The position numbers and the translations under genes were made by a program. The notes beneath the pieces were generated by a model. The model saw nothing but the letters and a program-made list of their open reading frames with translations, had not been told where the DNA came from and ran no database searches. Positions 8,406 to 18,371 of a DNA stretch of 64,000 nt are shown here, piece by piece. The stretch is from an uncultured virus (IMG/VR IMGVR_UViG_3300045974_000588) (Duplodnaviria > Heunggongvirae > Uroviricota > Caudoviricetes), in the IMG/VR virus record IMGVR_UViG_3300045974_000588, one strand, 5' to 3'. Each line of letters starts with the position of its first letter. The stretch's first letter is position 1.

Positions 8406-10748
8406 TTAACCCACTTCTTCAAGCTGCATCCGGTGCTGCCATGTTGTCTTGGCGTGGGGTATTCTATCTTTCTTTTCTCTCAAAGCTGGTAGAGTCTGAA
8501 CCCAATCAAAATACTGTTGTTCCCTGTTGCATCTTACTGCTGCATACCACAAGCCACTGTCCCACTGACCACTCTGTAACACCTTCGGTAGACCTTTAAA
8601 TGCTCCTGTTTCGTGTAGATCAAATTCAAATGTTCTTCCTTTGTTATTCTTATTTTCGTAGTTACCTAAAGAATGTATCCCCGATTGTAAGATTAATACT
8701 TCTGTTGTCTGCCGCCGTAGGTCTCCTAGTCTGGCTTCTGCTTCTACATAGTGCTCAAACAATTCTTCACTCAAATGGATCGGCTTGCTAGCCTCTAGCT
8801 TCTTAATGATCTGCTCTATACGCTCGCGCTGATGGGTCCCCAGTTCCGGGGTGACCTCTTCCGAGATGGCTGGAGCCCCAACGAAGGCCACTGGAGGATG
8901 CACATGTTTAGGTAACTTAATCTCTGTCAGATCTGGAGGCTTAGGCACAAAGGGCAGCGGTATTACTGGCTCTGGAGCCTTCTTTTTCCAATCCTCAAGA
9001 GCTTTGGTCTTAGGAACATACTCCGGATGCTTAAACAGGCTATTCTTGATGGAAAGCTGTTCCTTCTCCGAGAAGTGATGACGGTGTTTATACAAAAAGC
9101 CAAGCTCTCCGAAGGAGAGTTCCCGGAGCTGAGCCACATCTGTTAGAATCAGATTCTTGTTAGCAACAAAGTCTTTAGCCTTCTTCCCTGCTGTAGAGAC
9201 TCTGAGCCGTCTATCTGGAATGGGAAGGTCTTCTTTAGGAGTAGAGGAAGCAAATACAACACCCTCACCAACCAGTCTCTGTAGCCATTGGATCAGCTGA
9301 GCTCTAAGATTCTCCGGAGACAACGAACCTTCCAGAGTGGTGGGCTCGTAGTTTGGATCCTTCAGCCGAATGTATTCCAATCCAGAGATAGTGTTCTCTA
9401 GATTCTCCAAGTGTTCAGTCAACTCAGTGGCGTGCTTCTGCTTCACACTCTCTGGCAGTATCTGGAGGCAGAACCGCAATTTTTCAAGCTCTATGCTCAA
9501 ACCTACCGTTCTATACTGAATGTGCTGAAACTCTGAAGTGTCGTTTCCATATCTAAAATCGAAGTATCTGAAGACTCTTGCCAGTTTTCCTGTTACTGAA
9601 TAAGTTTTAGCTTTGAAGTTAACTCGGAATTTAGAGTTCAGACACAATAACAACCCTAAATCCTCTAGGAGTTTAAGGTAGCGGTGCGCATACTCAATTG
9701 AGTTATCACAGTAAGTGGCAAGATGCTTCTGACTGATGTCATATCCATGAAGGAAGCCATTACTGGTTCCACTGAGGTAACGAAGTACTTTTGTGAGCCC
9801 TTCAAGCGTTTTTGCGTGTTGCTTATTGCCAGCCTTGAAATTTGGAATCAAACTTCGGACATCTAGGTAGTAGAAATCATCCTCTGGAGGGTTTACTCCA
9901 ATCATATCATCGAAGTGTCTGTTGTCTCTGCGGTAGAATTCCTTCTCTTCTTGCTTCGGGTAGCGGAGAGGTTCTTCTGGATTGTTTGCCACTATCCAAG
10001 GACTGAACGATCTCTGCTTTAAGAATTCTTTGAACGCTGTCTTAGTGAGTAAGCAACGATTCAATGCTGCATGGTTGATGTCCTGAATCTGATTCTTCGC
10101 TAAGAACCAACGATCGTAGTTCTCAATGAGATTCTCGGCCACGCTAGATCGGATAGACAACAGAATTTGATGAAGCAAACGCCTCATTACCTCTACTGTA
10201 TAGGGTGTGTTCCTGGCAATGATGATTGGGAACAAAACCTTCAAGCGTCTGCTTGCTGTTGGAATCACAATTCCATGGTTGGCAAAGATGATCTTCACTT
10301 GGAGCCAAAACTCTACCGCTGGAGTGTCCGCTGGAACTTTATCAAGATCCAAAGCGATGTAGCCCCATCTGTGTTTTGCCAAACTATAATCGCTGCGCTT
10401 ATAAGCATCGTTCAAAGCAGGTTCCACTAGGTGCACTAGAGGTAGATCTTTCTTCTCTTCTGAGTCTAAGTAAGCATTATCTAAGAAATGGTGAATGTTT
10501 ACTTGCTTCAGGATCTTGGAATCAACTCTCCGCCAGTAAAGCTCTTCTGCTACTTGGTGGCTTTGAAAATGTTTCTCAAACTTAGGATCTTGCCAACAGT
10601 AGACATCCCGAAGAAGTCCATCTTCTTCAGAACCTATTTTTCTAGATTTTTGAAATTCTCCGGAATCCAATGCACTAATGTCATCGCTTAGCAGCCAGTA
10701 TGGCGAGGAGAAACCGTCGTTCTCGTTAAAGGCTAAGTTTGAATCCAT
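8406..10748 (-). CDS. large protein, possible primase-polymerase-like domain plus winged helix (replication related)
   Basis: YIALDLD (hhhDxD) followed by TASRRLKVLF; ISQKHLATYC...YLKLLEDLGLL...KAKTY resembles a wHTH. The ORF is solid, the function tentative. Confidence 0.45.
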   Translation of the reverse strand: MDSNLAFNENDGFSSPYWLLSDDISALDSGEFQKSRKIGSEEDGLLRDVYCWQDPKFEKHFQSHQVAEELYWRRVDSKILKQVNIHHFLDNAYLDSEEKKDLPLVHLVEPALNDAYKRSDYSLAKHRWGYIALDLDKVPADTPAVEFWLQVKIIFANHGIVIPTASRRLKVLFPIIIARNTPYTVEVMRRLLHQILLSIRSSVAENLIENYDRWFLAKNQIQDINHAALNRCLLTKTAFKEFLKQRSFSPWIVANNPEEPLRYPKQEEKEFYRRDNRHFDDMIGVNPPEDDFYYLDVRSLIPNFKAGNKQHAKTLEGLTKVLRYLSGTSNGFLHGYDISQKHLATYCDNSIEYAHRYLKLLEDLGLLLCLNSKFRVNFKAKTYSVTGKLARVFRYFDFRYGNDTSEFQHIQYRTVGLSIELEKLRFCLQILPESVKQKHATELTEHLENLENTISGLEYIRLKDPNYEPTTLEGSLSPENLRAQLIQWLQRLVGEGVVFASSTPKEDLPIPDRRLRVSTAGKKAKDFVANKNLILTDVAQLRELSFGELGFLYKHRHHFSEKEQLSIKNSLFKHPEYVPKTKALEDWKKKAPEPVIPLPFVPKPPDLTEIKLPKHVHPPVAFVGAPAISEEVTPELGTHQRERIEQIIKKLEASKPIHLSEELFEHYVEAEARLGDLRRQTTEVLILQSGIHSLGNYENKNNKGRTFEFDLHETGAFKGLPKVLQSGQWDSGLWYAAVRCNREQQYFDWVQTLPALREKKDRIPHAKTTWQHRMQLEEVG

Positions 10749-10811
10749 TAGTTGGATAATCCCGCTGCAAGAGTAAACAAGTCTAGACTACACTAACCAA
10801 CCCGTTCTGGA

Positions 10812-11183
10812 TTAATCGGAGTAGCACTCCCACATGACATCACCTGGGTCCATGTAGCTGAACTCCTCGGCACCGTCATCGTTCGTTATTGCAAATCTGA
10901 CAGCTTCGTAAACTTTATGACCTAGAGCGGTAAGCTCCTTGCTAGCTTCATCCACTCCTGTCATACCTGAGTACAACTGCCAACCGCCCTTTAAATCAGG
11001 AAAAGGCTTACCGTTTTGAGCAGCGTAGATAATCGTTCCAAGAACGTATCTAGGCTCTGTGTCTTCGGCTCCAAACTCCCGATACTTCGTCATAGCTGCT
11101 TGAACAGCTTGAATCGCCTGCTTTACACTCTCTGGGATGTATGTGGCTTTTCTACGAAGACTAGCCTTGATTCGAAGCTTCAT
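10812..11183 (-). CDS. hypothetical protein with MKLRIKA leader
   Basis: Own -10 (TAAAAT) and GAGG RBS; shared N-terminal motif. Confidence 0.7.
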   Translation of the reverse strand: MKLRIKASLRRKATYIPESVKQAIQAVQAAMTKYREFGAEDTEPRYVLGTIIYAAQNGKPFPDLKGGWQLYSGMTGVDEASKELTALGHKVYEAVRFAITNDDGAEEFSYMDPGDVMWECYSD

Positions 11184-11184
11184 A

Positions 11185-11222
11185 CAACCCTCATGTGCCT
11201 AACCCATTTTAACAGAGGGTTG
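11185..11222 (-). promoter_or_regulatory. RBS-sequestering hairpin with a -10 box in the loop
   Basis: Perfect CAACCCTC/GAGGGTTG arms around TGTTAAAAT; the 3' arm contains the RBS. Confidence 0.65.
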
Positions 11223-11239
11223 CAAGATACATCTGATGG

Positions 11240-11617
11240 TCAGCTAACCCACGTAGCGCCTTTCCAGTCGATGATCTTAGCGAATTGTTCGGGAAGTGTG
11301 CAATTCTGGGGAGATTTAGAGAATAGTGGGGCAATCTGCTCGGCAGTAAATCCAGCTAGCCCACAACCGATTGCAGTTACCTCGAAAGTCATTTCAGGAT
11401 TCTTTTCGGCAAATTCAATAAACTGGTCTACAAAATACTTAACTCTTTCTAAAGGTAGTGTCTGGATGTTGTAGTCTTTCGTTGGAATTCCGTAGCTATT
11501 GCCTTGAAGACCTACGCCCTGACTCCAGATGGCGCCCTTTTCTTTGACAGCAAATGCTGCAGCTCCAGCGCCATGAACTCCAGCCAAATTTGAACCAAAA
11601 ACGAAGATCTTGTGCAT
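11240..11617 (-). CDS. A1S_2505-family phage protein (macro-domain-like)
   Basis: IFVFGSNLAGVHGAGAA, SYGIPTK, VTAIGCGLAG. Confidence 0.85.
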   Translation of the reverse strand: MHKIFVFGSNLAGVHGAGAAAFAVKEKGAIWSQGVGLQGNSYGIPTKDYNIQTLPLERVKYFVDQFIEFAEKNPEMTFEVTAIGCGLAGFTAEQIAPLFSKSPQNCTLPEQFAKIIDWKGATWVS

Positions 11618-11853
11618 TAGTCTACCTTCTTCTTTTCCAGTACCACAATTCCACCCTGGCTGGACGCCAGATACTTAACTCCCGTTTCAGTATCCACGAG
11701 AATGCTATACCTCGATCCATTGATAACCCACGCAGACTCACACTGGATGCGTTGAGGCACATTTGGTGGGTTGTCTACGTAGCCCAGGTGCTTGCAGCCA
11801 ACCAAGCTGATAAGAGTTAGAGCAAAGAAAAGCTTTTTCATATTAATCCTCAA
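11617..11853 (-). CDS. small lipoprotein (DUF6440-like)
   Basis: Lipobox LVGC; ILVDTETGVKYL...GGIVVL. Confidence 0.7.
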   Translation of the reverse strand: MRINMKKLFFALTLISLVGCKHLGYVDNPPNVPQRIQCESAWVINGSRYSILVDTETGVKYLASSQGGIVVLEKKKVD

Positions 11854-12478
11854 CCACTACTTCAATGTTGGAAGTCATTACGCCCTGAACTTCCAGAGCC
11901 GCTTTACGGGCTCGAATCTCTCGAAGAACGTCGTTCGATTGATTGATCTTAGCAGCATTCTGAGTCCTAGTCTCCAGAACACTAAGCTGGTAAGCATCGG
12001 CACCCTTTCTAGGTGCCCGCTTCTTCGTCTTCCATTCACCGTAGTAATAATAGGTGTTGATCGTGTCGTCCTCTTCTTCCACATGAAGTCGAATCTCATC
12101 ACCAGAAGTGAAGATGATCATGTTCTCCAGGAGAACTTTGTCCTTCGTGAGAATCATGCAACCCAAGAGCTTAATTTCTCCTTCCGGAAGAATCTGAATG
12201 AACACCTTCTGATCCATCGCTCGATTCTCGTAACAAGTTCCAGCCACCAAAGGCCGAGCCTTGAGGAGAAGAGCTTCGTGATCAGCCCAACCATGCTTCG
12301 TGTGGGTCTTAAGCCACGAGCTAGGAGTGAGCAGATGCTCTAAGAGGTAGCACTTGAGGGTGCCTTCAGGAAGTAGTGTCATTTTAGCCTCTTGCAGCTT
12401 TGATAGCCTTCGTCCATTCTCGAACGAAGTCCATGTCGGGGTCGACCGCAAAAACGCCAGGAACTGTCTCTCTGGCAA
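11843..12478 (-). CDS. hypothetical protein (true start probably MTLLPEG near 12382)
   Basis: ORF; GAGG RBS before the internal ATG. Confidence 0.6.
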   Translation of the reverse strand: MPERQFLAFLRSTPTWTSFENGRRLSKLQEAKMTLLPEGTLKCYLLEHLLTPSSWLKTHTKHGWADHEALLLKARPLVAGTCYENRAMDQKVFIQILPEGEIKLLGCMILTKDKVLLENMIIFTSGDEIRLHVEEEDDTINTYYYYGEWKTKKRAPRKGADAYQLSVLETRTQNAAKINQSNDVLREIRARKAALEVQGVMTSNIEVVVED

Positions 12479-12764
12479 ATGAGTGGAGGTCTTCCGAGTT
12501 GAAAGGAATGTTTAGCTTGTCCTTACCTTCTTCGAGGAAGAAGTCGACGAGCTCCATCGGGTCTTTAGTAGCAAAACCAAGAAGAACTTCAATAAGCAGC
12601 TTGTTTTTGAGGGCATCATTTACATCGCCATGACGATCATTAACCATCTTGATTGTGTCAGTAATAGTTTCTTTACACATCGCATCACCCATGATGATAC
12701 CACTGATCATCGAAGCCGCTGCAAGCTGCGTAAGCTGTTCGTGTGTAAGAAGAATGGACGCCAT
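12384..12764 (-). CDS. hypothetical protein
   Basis: 126-aa co-directional ORF. Confidence 0.6.
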   Translation of the reverse strand: MASILLTHEQLTQLAAASMISGIIMGDAMCKETITDTIKMVNDRHGDVNDALKNKLLIEVLLGFATKDPMELVDFFLEEGKDKLNIPFNSEDLHSFARETVPGVFAVDPDMDFVREWTKAIKAARG

Positions 12765-12915
12765 ATCTATTTAACCCAGTTTTGAGGTCTGATTTTGGGA
12801 GAAACTTGACTTTTCTACTTAAAAATTGCTTCTCCAAAGATTTTAAACATCAAGCTCGTAAAGAGCATGCCGTTGAAAAAGCCAAAGCAGTATAGCGCGA
12901 TCTTCTTTCCAGTGC

Positions 12916-13458
12916 TCATTCAGCCACCTTCTCGAACTTGAACTCGATGTCCTGGAACTTAGTCTTGGTGCCGTTGGCCCGACTCTTCCGAGTGATTTCA
13001 TGAAATTCTTCGACCTGCTCAGGAGTCAGTGTGTCGATGAAATACCAACTGTCGTAGCGGGAATCCAAGCAATTGATGCGATTGGCGAACTCGTTAATGA
13101 TTCGTTCCACACCGTCTGAAGTCCAGCAACTGTCATGGTTGCTGTAGTGGACCCAAGGAGTGGAACCTTCGATGTAGTCGAACCCTTCCAGAAGGCCATC
13201 TCCATCATCGCCAAGCCACTCGGTTCGAATAACTGCCCAATCAAGCTTAGCCATCACTGTGATGTAGTTGCTGCCAGCACCGAAGATCAAGAGGTCCAAG
13301 TGGCGGTAGCCCTCTTCGACATCATAGTCAAGCTTCAAACTGAAACGAACTCGCATTGCGCGTTCAGGATCTGACATCTGCCAGCTCTTGTCTCCCCGCT
13401 TCTGAAACTCTTTCCTGAACTCGTTGCAGATCATGCTGGAAACAACACCGTTCATCAT
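12916..13458 (-). CDS. hypothetical protein
   Basis: ATG behind GGAGG and promoter copy 2. Confidence 0.7.
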   Translation of the reverse strand: MMNGVVSSMICNEFRKEFQKRGDKSWQMSDPERAMRVRFSLKLDYDVEEGYRHLDLLIFGAGSNYITVMAKLDWAVIRTEWLGDDGDGLLEGFDYIEGSTPWVHYSNHDSCWTSDGVERIINEFANRINCLDSRYDSWYFIDTLTPEQVEEFHEITRKSRANGTKTKFQDIEFKFEKVAE

Positions 13459-13479
13459 TGTCTCGTCCTCCAATACTAC

Positions 13480-13512
13480 AGTATACAGTATCCCTGGGAA
13501 TTATCAATAGGG
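13480..13512 (-). promoter_or_regulatory. conserved phage promoter, copy 2 (TTGATA-16-TATACT)
   Basis: CCCTATTGATAATT...TATACT. Confidence 0.8.
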
Positions 13513-13516
13513 GATT

Positions 13517-13816
13517 TTAGAAAGTAGCCAATTCCCTGGCTGGGTACAACTTCGGGTCGGTGGAAATGTCCCAGTTGTGAAGACCCTTAGCTCGAAGGGG
13601 CTCTTCCATCTTGGCCAGTTCGGTGCCAATCTGCATCCTCATATTGCTGGCGTCCTTAGCCAGACCGTGAAGAACAAATCCACCGTCAACCAGCCCAGTT
13701 TTGGCGATGATTGCTGAAGTCATCATGGCCGCGGTCTTGTCCTTTGTGTACACGTGTTGGAAAGTGTTATTGGACAGCCAGACCACGATTCCAGCTTCGT
13801 TAGGATTAACTTTCAT
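13517..13816 (-). CDS. hypothetical protein
   Basis: 99-aa ORF with GGAG RBS. Confidence 0.65.
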   Translation of the reverse strand: MKVNPNEAGIVVWLSNNTFQHVYTKDKTAAMMTSAIIAKTGLVDGGFVLHGLAKDASNMRMQIGTELAKMEEPLRAKGLHNWDISTDPKLYPARELATF

Positions 13817-13827
13817 CTTATCTCCAG

Positions 13828-13855
13828 AAAAATGGGGCGGTCCGAAGACCGCCCC
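13828..13855 (-). terminator. intrinsic terminator with cUUCGg tetraloop
   Basis: GGGGCGGTC-TTCG-GACCGCCCC followed by ATTTTT on the minus strand. Confidence 0.85.
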
Positions 13856-13869
13856 GAAGGTTTGTAATC

Positions 13870-14631
13870 TTACGCTGCGGTCGCAACCTCGCGAGCCATT
13901 TCCCAGAGCCGCTCGTTGATTCCGAGGTTCCGCTGCATGCCTCGGATGGCGGTCACGCGCCGGCCACGACCTTCCATCCCGCCACGGAGAACGTTCTCCT
14001 GGATCCGATTGAACACGGTCCAGAGGTCGTTCGGCTTGTCCTCATCCCGACGAGTCTCGAGGAGCATCTCAGGGGCGACGATCTTCTGATCCTGACCCCA
14101 CCGGATCTCACCGGCCCGAGCCGCCATCTGGAGCTGAACCTTCGCGTCGAGCTCCTTCTTGCCCATCTCGGCGACCATCTCGGCGACCTCAGGCATCTTG
14201 TTCGTAATCTGCATGCTCGCGTCGAGGATGGACTCGAGCGAACCGGCGTGACGGGCCTTGATGGCGCCGAATTCGGCGGTGCTGACGATCAAGCCGTTCT
14301 CGCAGACCAGACGGTAAATGCCCGCCCGGAACTGATAGGCCGAGGTTCGATCGTGCGAGTTCACCATCACCAGCTCGGCCAGCGAATCGCCAATCCGAAT
14401 CTCATTGGCGGGATCCGTCTTGCGGAATCGGATGATATGCTTCTGGAACCCTACGCGCTGGGGCGCCCGGGTCTTGACTTCCTTGCCCCACACTGGCGAC
14501 CAACCGAGGTCGTTGAGGGCACTCACCACCTGAGTGGTGGGAATGAACAAGTACTTCTCACTGGTCCCCGAACCAGCATGCTCGGCCAGGGCCGACTTGG
14601 GGAGTTCGAGCAACGCGGTCTCGTTGGTCAT
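13870..14631 (-). CDS. DUF932/DUF945 family protein
   Basis: SEKYLFIPT, KHIIRFR, NSHDRTSAYQFRAGIYRLVCENG, DLWTVFNRIQEN; start reassigned to the ATG behind GGAGG. Confidence 0.9.
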   Translation of the reverse strand: MTNETALLELPKSALAEHAGSGTSEKYLFIPTTQVVSALNDLGWSPVWGKEVKTRAPQRVGFQKHIIRFRKTDPANEIRIGDSLAELVMVNSHDRTSAYQFRAGIYRLVCENGLIVSTAEFGAIKARHAGSLESILDASMQITNKMPEVAEMVAEMGKKELDAKVQLQMAARAGEIRWGQDQKIVAPEMLLETRRDEDKPNDLWTVFNRIQENVLRGGMEGRGRRVTAIRGMQRNLGINERLWEMAREVATAA

Positions 14632-14651
14632 CTTCTTGCCTCCATAACACA

Positions 14652-14679
14652 AGGATACGGAGTTATAGAAAATTATCAA
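14652..14679 (-). promoter_or_regulatory. conserved phage promoter, copy 3 (TTGATA-16-TATCCT)
   Basis: TTGATAATT...TATCCT upstream of the DUF932 gene. Confidence 0.7.
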
Positions 14680-14856
14680 GATGGGTTTCAATAAATTTCT
14701 AAGTTGTTTTGTTGAGGTCTTGGAAAGTTTCAGACAAGCACTTGATGTTAACGCCTGTTTGCTTCGCAACTTGGTCAAAGATGTGATTCAACTGCTTCAG
14801 AACATCTTCTTTAGAAGCATTTCCATTAGAAGAGAAAACTGTCGTCATCGCTACTT

Positions 14857-15189
14857 TCAAATCGGTCCCCAGTTTGGATAAAATTCATCTGGAAATTTCT
14901 CAAAAGCATCTTGCTCTATCCAGTTCCGAAGCTGGTAATCACCTCTAGCCAGCATTACATCTTTCGTATGGAGTGCTACCTGAACCGTAGCCTCTGCAGG
15001 AAACGCATAATCCGATTGAAACTGAGCATCTACCTCAAACCGCATGCTCATAGTCATGTTGCAGTTTGGCAAAGTCCGAATTTCTTTTATCTGAATACCA
15101 AACTGTGGCCGAATTGATGTATCACAGATTGGTAGCGGAAAAGGTGGAGCTTTGAGCAGATGTTTTACTTCAAGGTCTAGCCAGCTCAT
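14857..15189 (-). CDS. hypothetical protein
   Basis: ATGA overlap with the rdgC-like gene. Confidence 0.6.
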   Translation of the reverse strand: MSWLDLEVKHLLKAPPFPLPICDTSIRPQFGIQIKEIRTLPNCNMTMSMRFEVDAQFQSDYAFPAEATVQVALHTKDVMLARGDYQLRNWIEQDAFEKFPDEFYPNWGPI

Positions 15190-16124
15190 GAAACCAATTT
15201 CCTCACTTGCTGAAGGCTGTAAGTAAGCGCTCTGAGAACTGTCAGCCTGAACTGTAGCCGTTCTGCTGCATTCCCCTTGAATTTGATCGGGAAATTACTC
15301 TTAACTCTGTTGGAATTTACTTGAAGCTTGACATCGAAGTTCGCATGCTCAAGATTGATGATCGCAGAAAGCTGAACGATGTTGGCACCCGCCGAAATTA
15401 AGTTATCACATTCTTCTTCACCGTCAAGACCATCACCTCGGAAAGTGATTTTGCGCTCATCACACTCCAAACTTACTAGTTTTCCATCAGCAGTCAACGA
15501 AACTGGGGATGAAGTTTGCTCAGGAGCGTCTTTAGGTAGATCAATTTCTTTTACAACGTTATCTCGAACCTTCTTCATAGCTTCAGGAGTTGGAATGTAG
15601 GGATTACTGAAAGCGCGAATTCCAATCGTTCCTAGTTGAGAAGAAATCCAATCGAAACTTCCTTCGCAGTACAGAGCCTTCTGATCTAGATCCAAAGCCA
15701 TGCTGTAGAACCTAGGAACTGCTGGAATACTTGGAAGGAGCTTTTCACGAATCCGATCTTTCAAATCTCGCTTATCTGTGCTAGAAAGAATCGTTCCTTG
15801 AGGGAGAGCCCGTAGAGACTGAACATATTCAGCATTGAGGAGAGCCTTTGGAACGCTTTTACGATCAACTCGAACTCCAAAGGCAATCCACTTGTCTGAA
15901 AGAATTGTAGAATCCTCTTGAGGCGGCATGTTGTTGTCAAGAACGTCACAAGTTCCAAAAACTTGCTCATCTTGCGGTCCGCCTGGGCGGAAAGCCAGTG
16001 ATTCCAGCTTCTCGAAAATAGCATCTTTATCAAAAGTGCCTGTTACTTCGAAAACCTGAAGTCCAAAGTTGCCCTTCAATAAGCCCATAAGTGGCCTCCC
16101 ACTTTTGTAACCTTCAAATTTCAA
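15186..16124 (-). CDS. rdgC: RdgC-like recombination-associated protein
   Basis: LAFRP; FGVRVDRKSVPKALL...DLKDRIREKLLP matches the RdgC pattern; divergent. Confidence 0.65.
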   Translation of the reverse strand: MKFEGYKSGRPLMGLLKGNFGLQVFEVTGTFDKDAIFEKLESLAFRPGGPQDEQVFGTCDVLDNNMPPQEDSTILSDKWIAFGVRVDRKSVPKALLNAEYVQSLRALPQGTILSSTDKRDLKDRIREKLLPSIPAVPRFYSMALDLDQKALYCEGSFDWISSQLGTIGIRAFSNPYIPTPEAMKKVRDNVVKEIDLPKDAPEQTSSPVSLTADGKLVSLECDERKITFRGDGLDGEEECDNLISAGANIVQLSAIINLEHANFDVKLQVNSNRVKSNFPIKFKGNAAERLQFRLTVLRALTYSLQQVRKLVS

Positions 16125-16157
16125 GGATCCGGTTACAATAGTAGGTGAGGGATTAGT

Positions 16158-17573
16158 ATGAGCCTTTTCGAAGTCTTCATTGATGCGAATGCCAAACCAA
16201 CCATCGAAGGGTACAATGCGTTAAGCAAAGGAATCCTTCCCAAAGGTATTTACACTGGTGGCGAGATCACACAGGGTCCGGGTCGCTCTGTAAATGTAGC
16301 GGAATTTACGGCTAAATCTCCAGACGGGTTCACGGTCATTGGTCATACTCAGAATTTGACGATTGTAAGTCCTCAAGCAGGTGATTGGGCAATCGTCCTT
16401 TATTCAAGAGCTTGGAAACCTGGAGATGCAGTTAAGCAACACACAGTAGAATTTCGGATTTTACCTTGGGTAACTCAAAGTGTTAATCAGCCGGGGTATA
16501 GCGATTTAGTACACCCTGATCCAGATAGAGATAACTATATTCTTTTTGCGAGAGTGACATCTAGAGCAGTTGCTACCAGCGTTCGGATTGAGCCAAACGA
16601 TATAGACAGCTCGTTTGCTGAGAGAATTCAGATCAATCAACCATCCACTCAAGTTCTTTCTGGAACTGAAAATTTCAATGGTCCTGCTGGCGTTTCAATC
16701 TACCACAACTTAGGACACACCAATTATAGAGTTCAAATTACGCCTTCGCAGCAGCCCAACTTTGGAATTGGTGATATTTGGACAGAGAAATTCCCAACAC
16801 ACTTCGTAGCTAAGTGCAGTGGCGAAGTTACTACCACTCTTGATTGGACTTTGTTCGTAAACTTGAATAAGTTTGGCCTTACACCTCAACAAGTGTATGG
16901 AAGCCGTTATGGTCATGGCCTTATTTCCAGTGCCAATAGCTCAATCATTAGAAATTCAGAAGATTCTCATAATTACTTCACATTTGCAGTAACGGTTGGA
17001 AGTATAGTGAAGCCTTTTGTAGGTTGTCAGAATGACTTCAACCAAGTTACTCTAAGCACGTTAGAAGCGACAAATACTCCAGTAGCTTGGGAAATGGTTT
17101 CTGCAAATGTGGTTAAGAATCTCTTAATTGTTCCAGATGTAACAATACAAAGCAATTCAGCCCAAGTTGTTTTAGATTATGCTGGTCGTGCAGCAAGCGT
17201 TAAAGCGTTCATTATTCCTAAACTAGCATCTAGTTTGGTAAATCCAATCGTAACTTTAACGAACAACGCTGCAGGAAAGCTTGTAGCGCATATTTACGCT
17301 CAAGCAGCTCCGGGAACTTTGTTCACTTTGGTTGTCTTCTTAAATCCTGGAGCTTATGCTAACGGGTCTGTAACAAACTGCACAACATCTTACGAAGTGG
17401 TTCATAACTTAGACTTCAATGCCTATGTTCCAATCATTTCACTAAGAAACATACCTTCTGGAACGGTAACAGGTATGTCAGTAGAAATCAAGCTCAATTC
17501 ATTCAAAGTACATTTTACAGCTGGGGCAGTTGTTAGCTTTGATTGGATTATCGTTCCTGCATTTGTGGAGTAG
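16158..17573 (+). CDS. probable virion structural protein (tail or baseplate associated)
   Basis: Beta-rich, repeated xxHNL...FxV...DW modules typical of phage tail proteins. Confidence 0.55.
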   Translation: MSLFEVFIDANAKPTIEGYNALSKGILPKGIYTGGEITQGPGRSVNVAEFTAKSPDGFTVIGHTQNLTIVSPQAGDWAIVLYSRAWKPGDAVKQHTVEFRILPWVTQSVNQPGYSDLVHPDPDRDNYILFARVTSRAVATSVRIEPNDIDSSFAERIQINQPSTQVLSGTENFNGPAGVSIYHNLGHTNYRVQITPSQQPNFGIGDIWTEKFPTHFVAKCSGEVTTTLDWTLFVNLNKFGLTPQQVYGSRYGHGLISSANSSIIRNSEDSHNYFTFAVTVGSIVKPFVGCQNDFNQVTLSTLEATNTPVAWEMVSANVVKNLLIVPDVTIQSNSAQVVLDYAGRAASVKAFIIPKLASSLVNPIVTLTNNAAGKLVAHIYAQAAPGTLFTLVVFLNPGAYANGSVTNCTTSYEVVHNLDFNAYVPIISLRNIPSGTVTGMSVEIKLNSFKVHFTAGAVVSFDWIIVPAFVE

Positions 17574-17576
17574 TAA

Positions 17577-18368
17577 GTGAAGCTAGTAGCCAAACACCCA
17601 CAGTTGGTATCAGCTAGGCCTCACCTTGCTGGAAGATCTGTAAACCTTAATCGCGGCCAGCATGCGTTTATGCAGCATTTTGCCGCTGCAAATGGAATTC
17701 CACTGCCAGCGAAGCATGAGTTTAGAAAAGCTGCTCGTGTTAGTTTGTATGATTTGATTCGTTACACACCAATGACAATTCGTGAAAACAGGAAGCACAA
17801 CTGCCGCCTATTTTTCTACACTACAGAGTATTTTAAGCGTCCAGGAAAGCGGGGACTTAGAATCTTTGCTTATAAAACTGGTTGTAATAAACATACTTAC
17901 GTAACTCAGTTGGGGTTTGTTGATTGGCGTCGTGGTCTAAAGTCGACCATCTGGTGTCATTGCTCCTGCGATTATTTCAAATACAATGTAGAGTATGTAT
18001 TGGCTCAGCTTGGATCTTCAGAATTGGTTTTCTCATGGAATCAACCTCCTCAGGTTCGGAATCCTGATAGAGTTCCCCATGCTTGCAAGCATATCCTTTT
18101 AGCGGTAGACGATGCTCTTAAACGGTCTCGTCAGTTTGCCAAGATCGATTCAGAAACAGAATTGCAGGATGTTAAGATTGAAGATATCAAAGACAAGAGC
18201 AAAGAATTCAAAGACAAAGATTTACAAGATGAAAAGCGTTTTAGAGAGTTACAAACACCAAAACGGCCAGTGTTTAAGCCTTTCACTCAGCCAGATGGCG
18301 GTCAAGATGGAAATCAGACTCCAACGGGACCACAGAAAAATCAGCAACCACCAACTGGGAAGCCATAA
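17577..18368 (+). CDS. SWIM zinc-finger protein
   Basis: CHCSCDYFKY...HACKH (CxC-xn-CxH). Confidence 0.7.
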   Translation: MKLVAKHPQLVSARPHLAGRSVNLNRGQHAFMQHFAAANGIPLPAKHEFRKAARVSLYDLIRYTPMTIRENRKHNCRLFFYTTEYFKRPGKRGLRIFAYKTGCNKHTYVTQLGFVDWRRGLKSTIWCHCSCDYFKYNVEYVLAQLGSSELVFSWNQPPQVRNPDRVPHACKHILLAVDDALKRSRQFAKIDSETELQDVKIEDIKDKSKEFKDKDLQDEKRFRELQTPKRPVFKPFTQPDGGQDGNQTPTGPQKNQQPPTGKP

Positions 18369-18371
18369 TCT

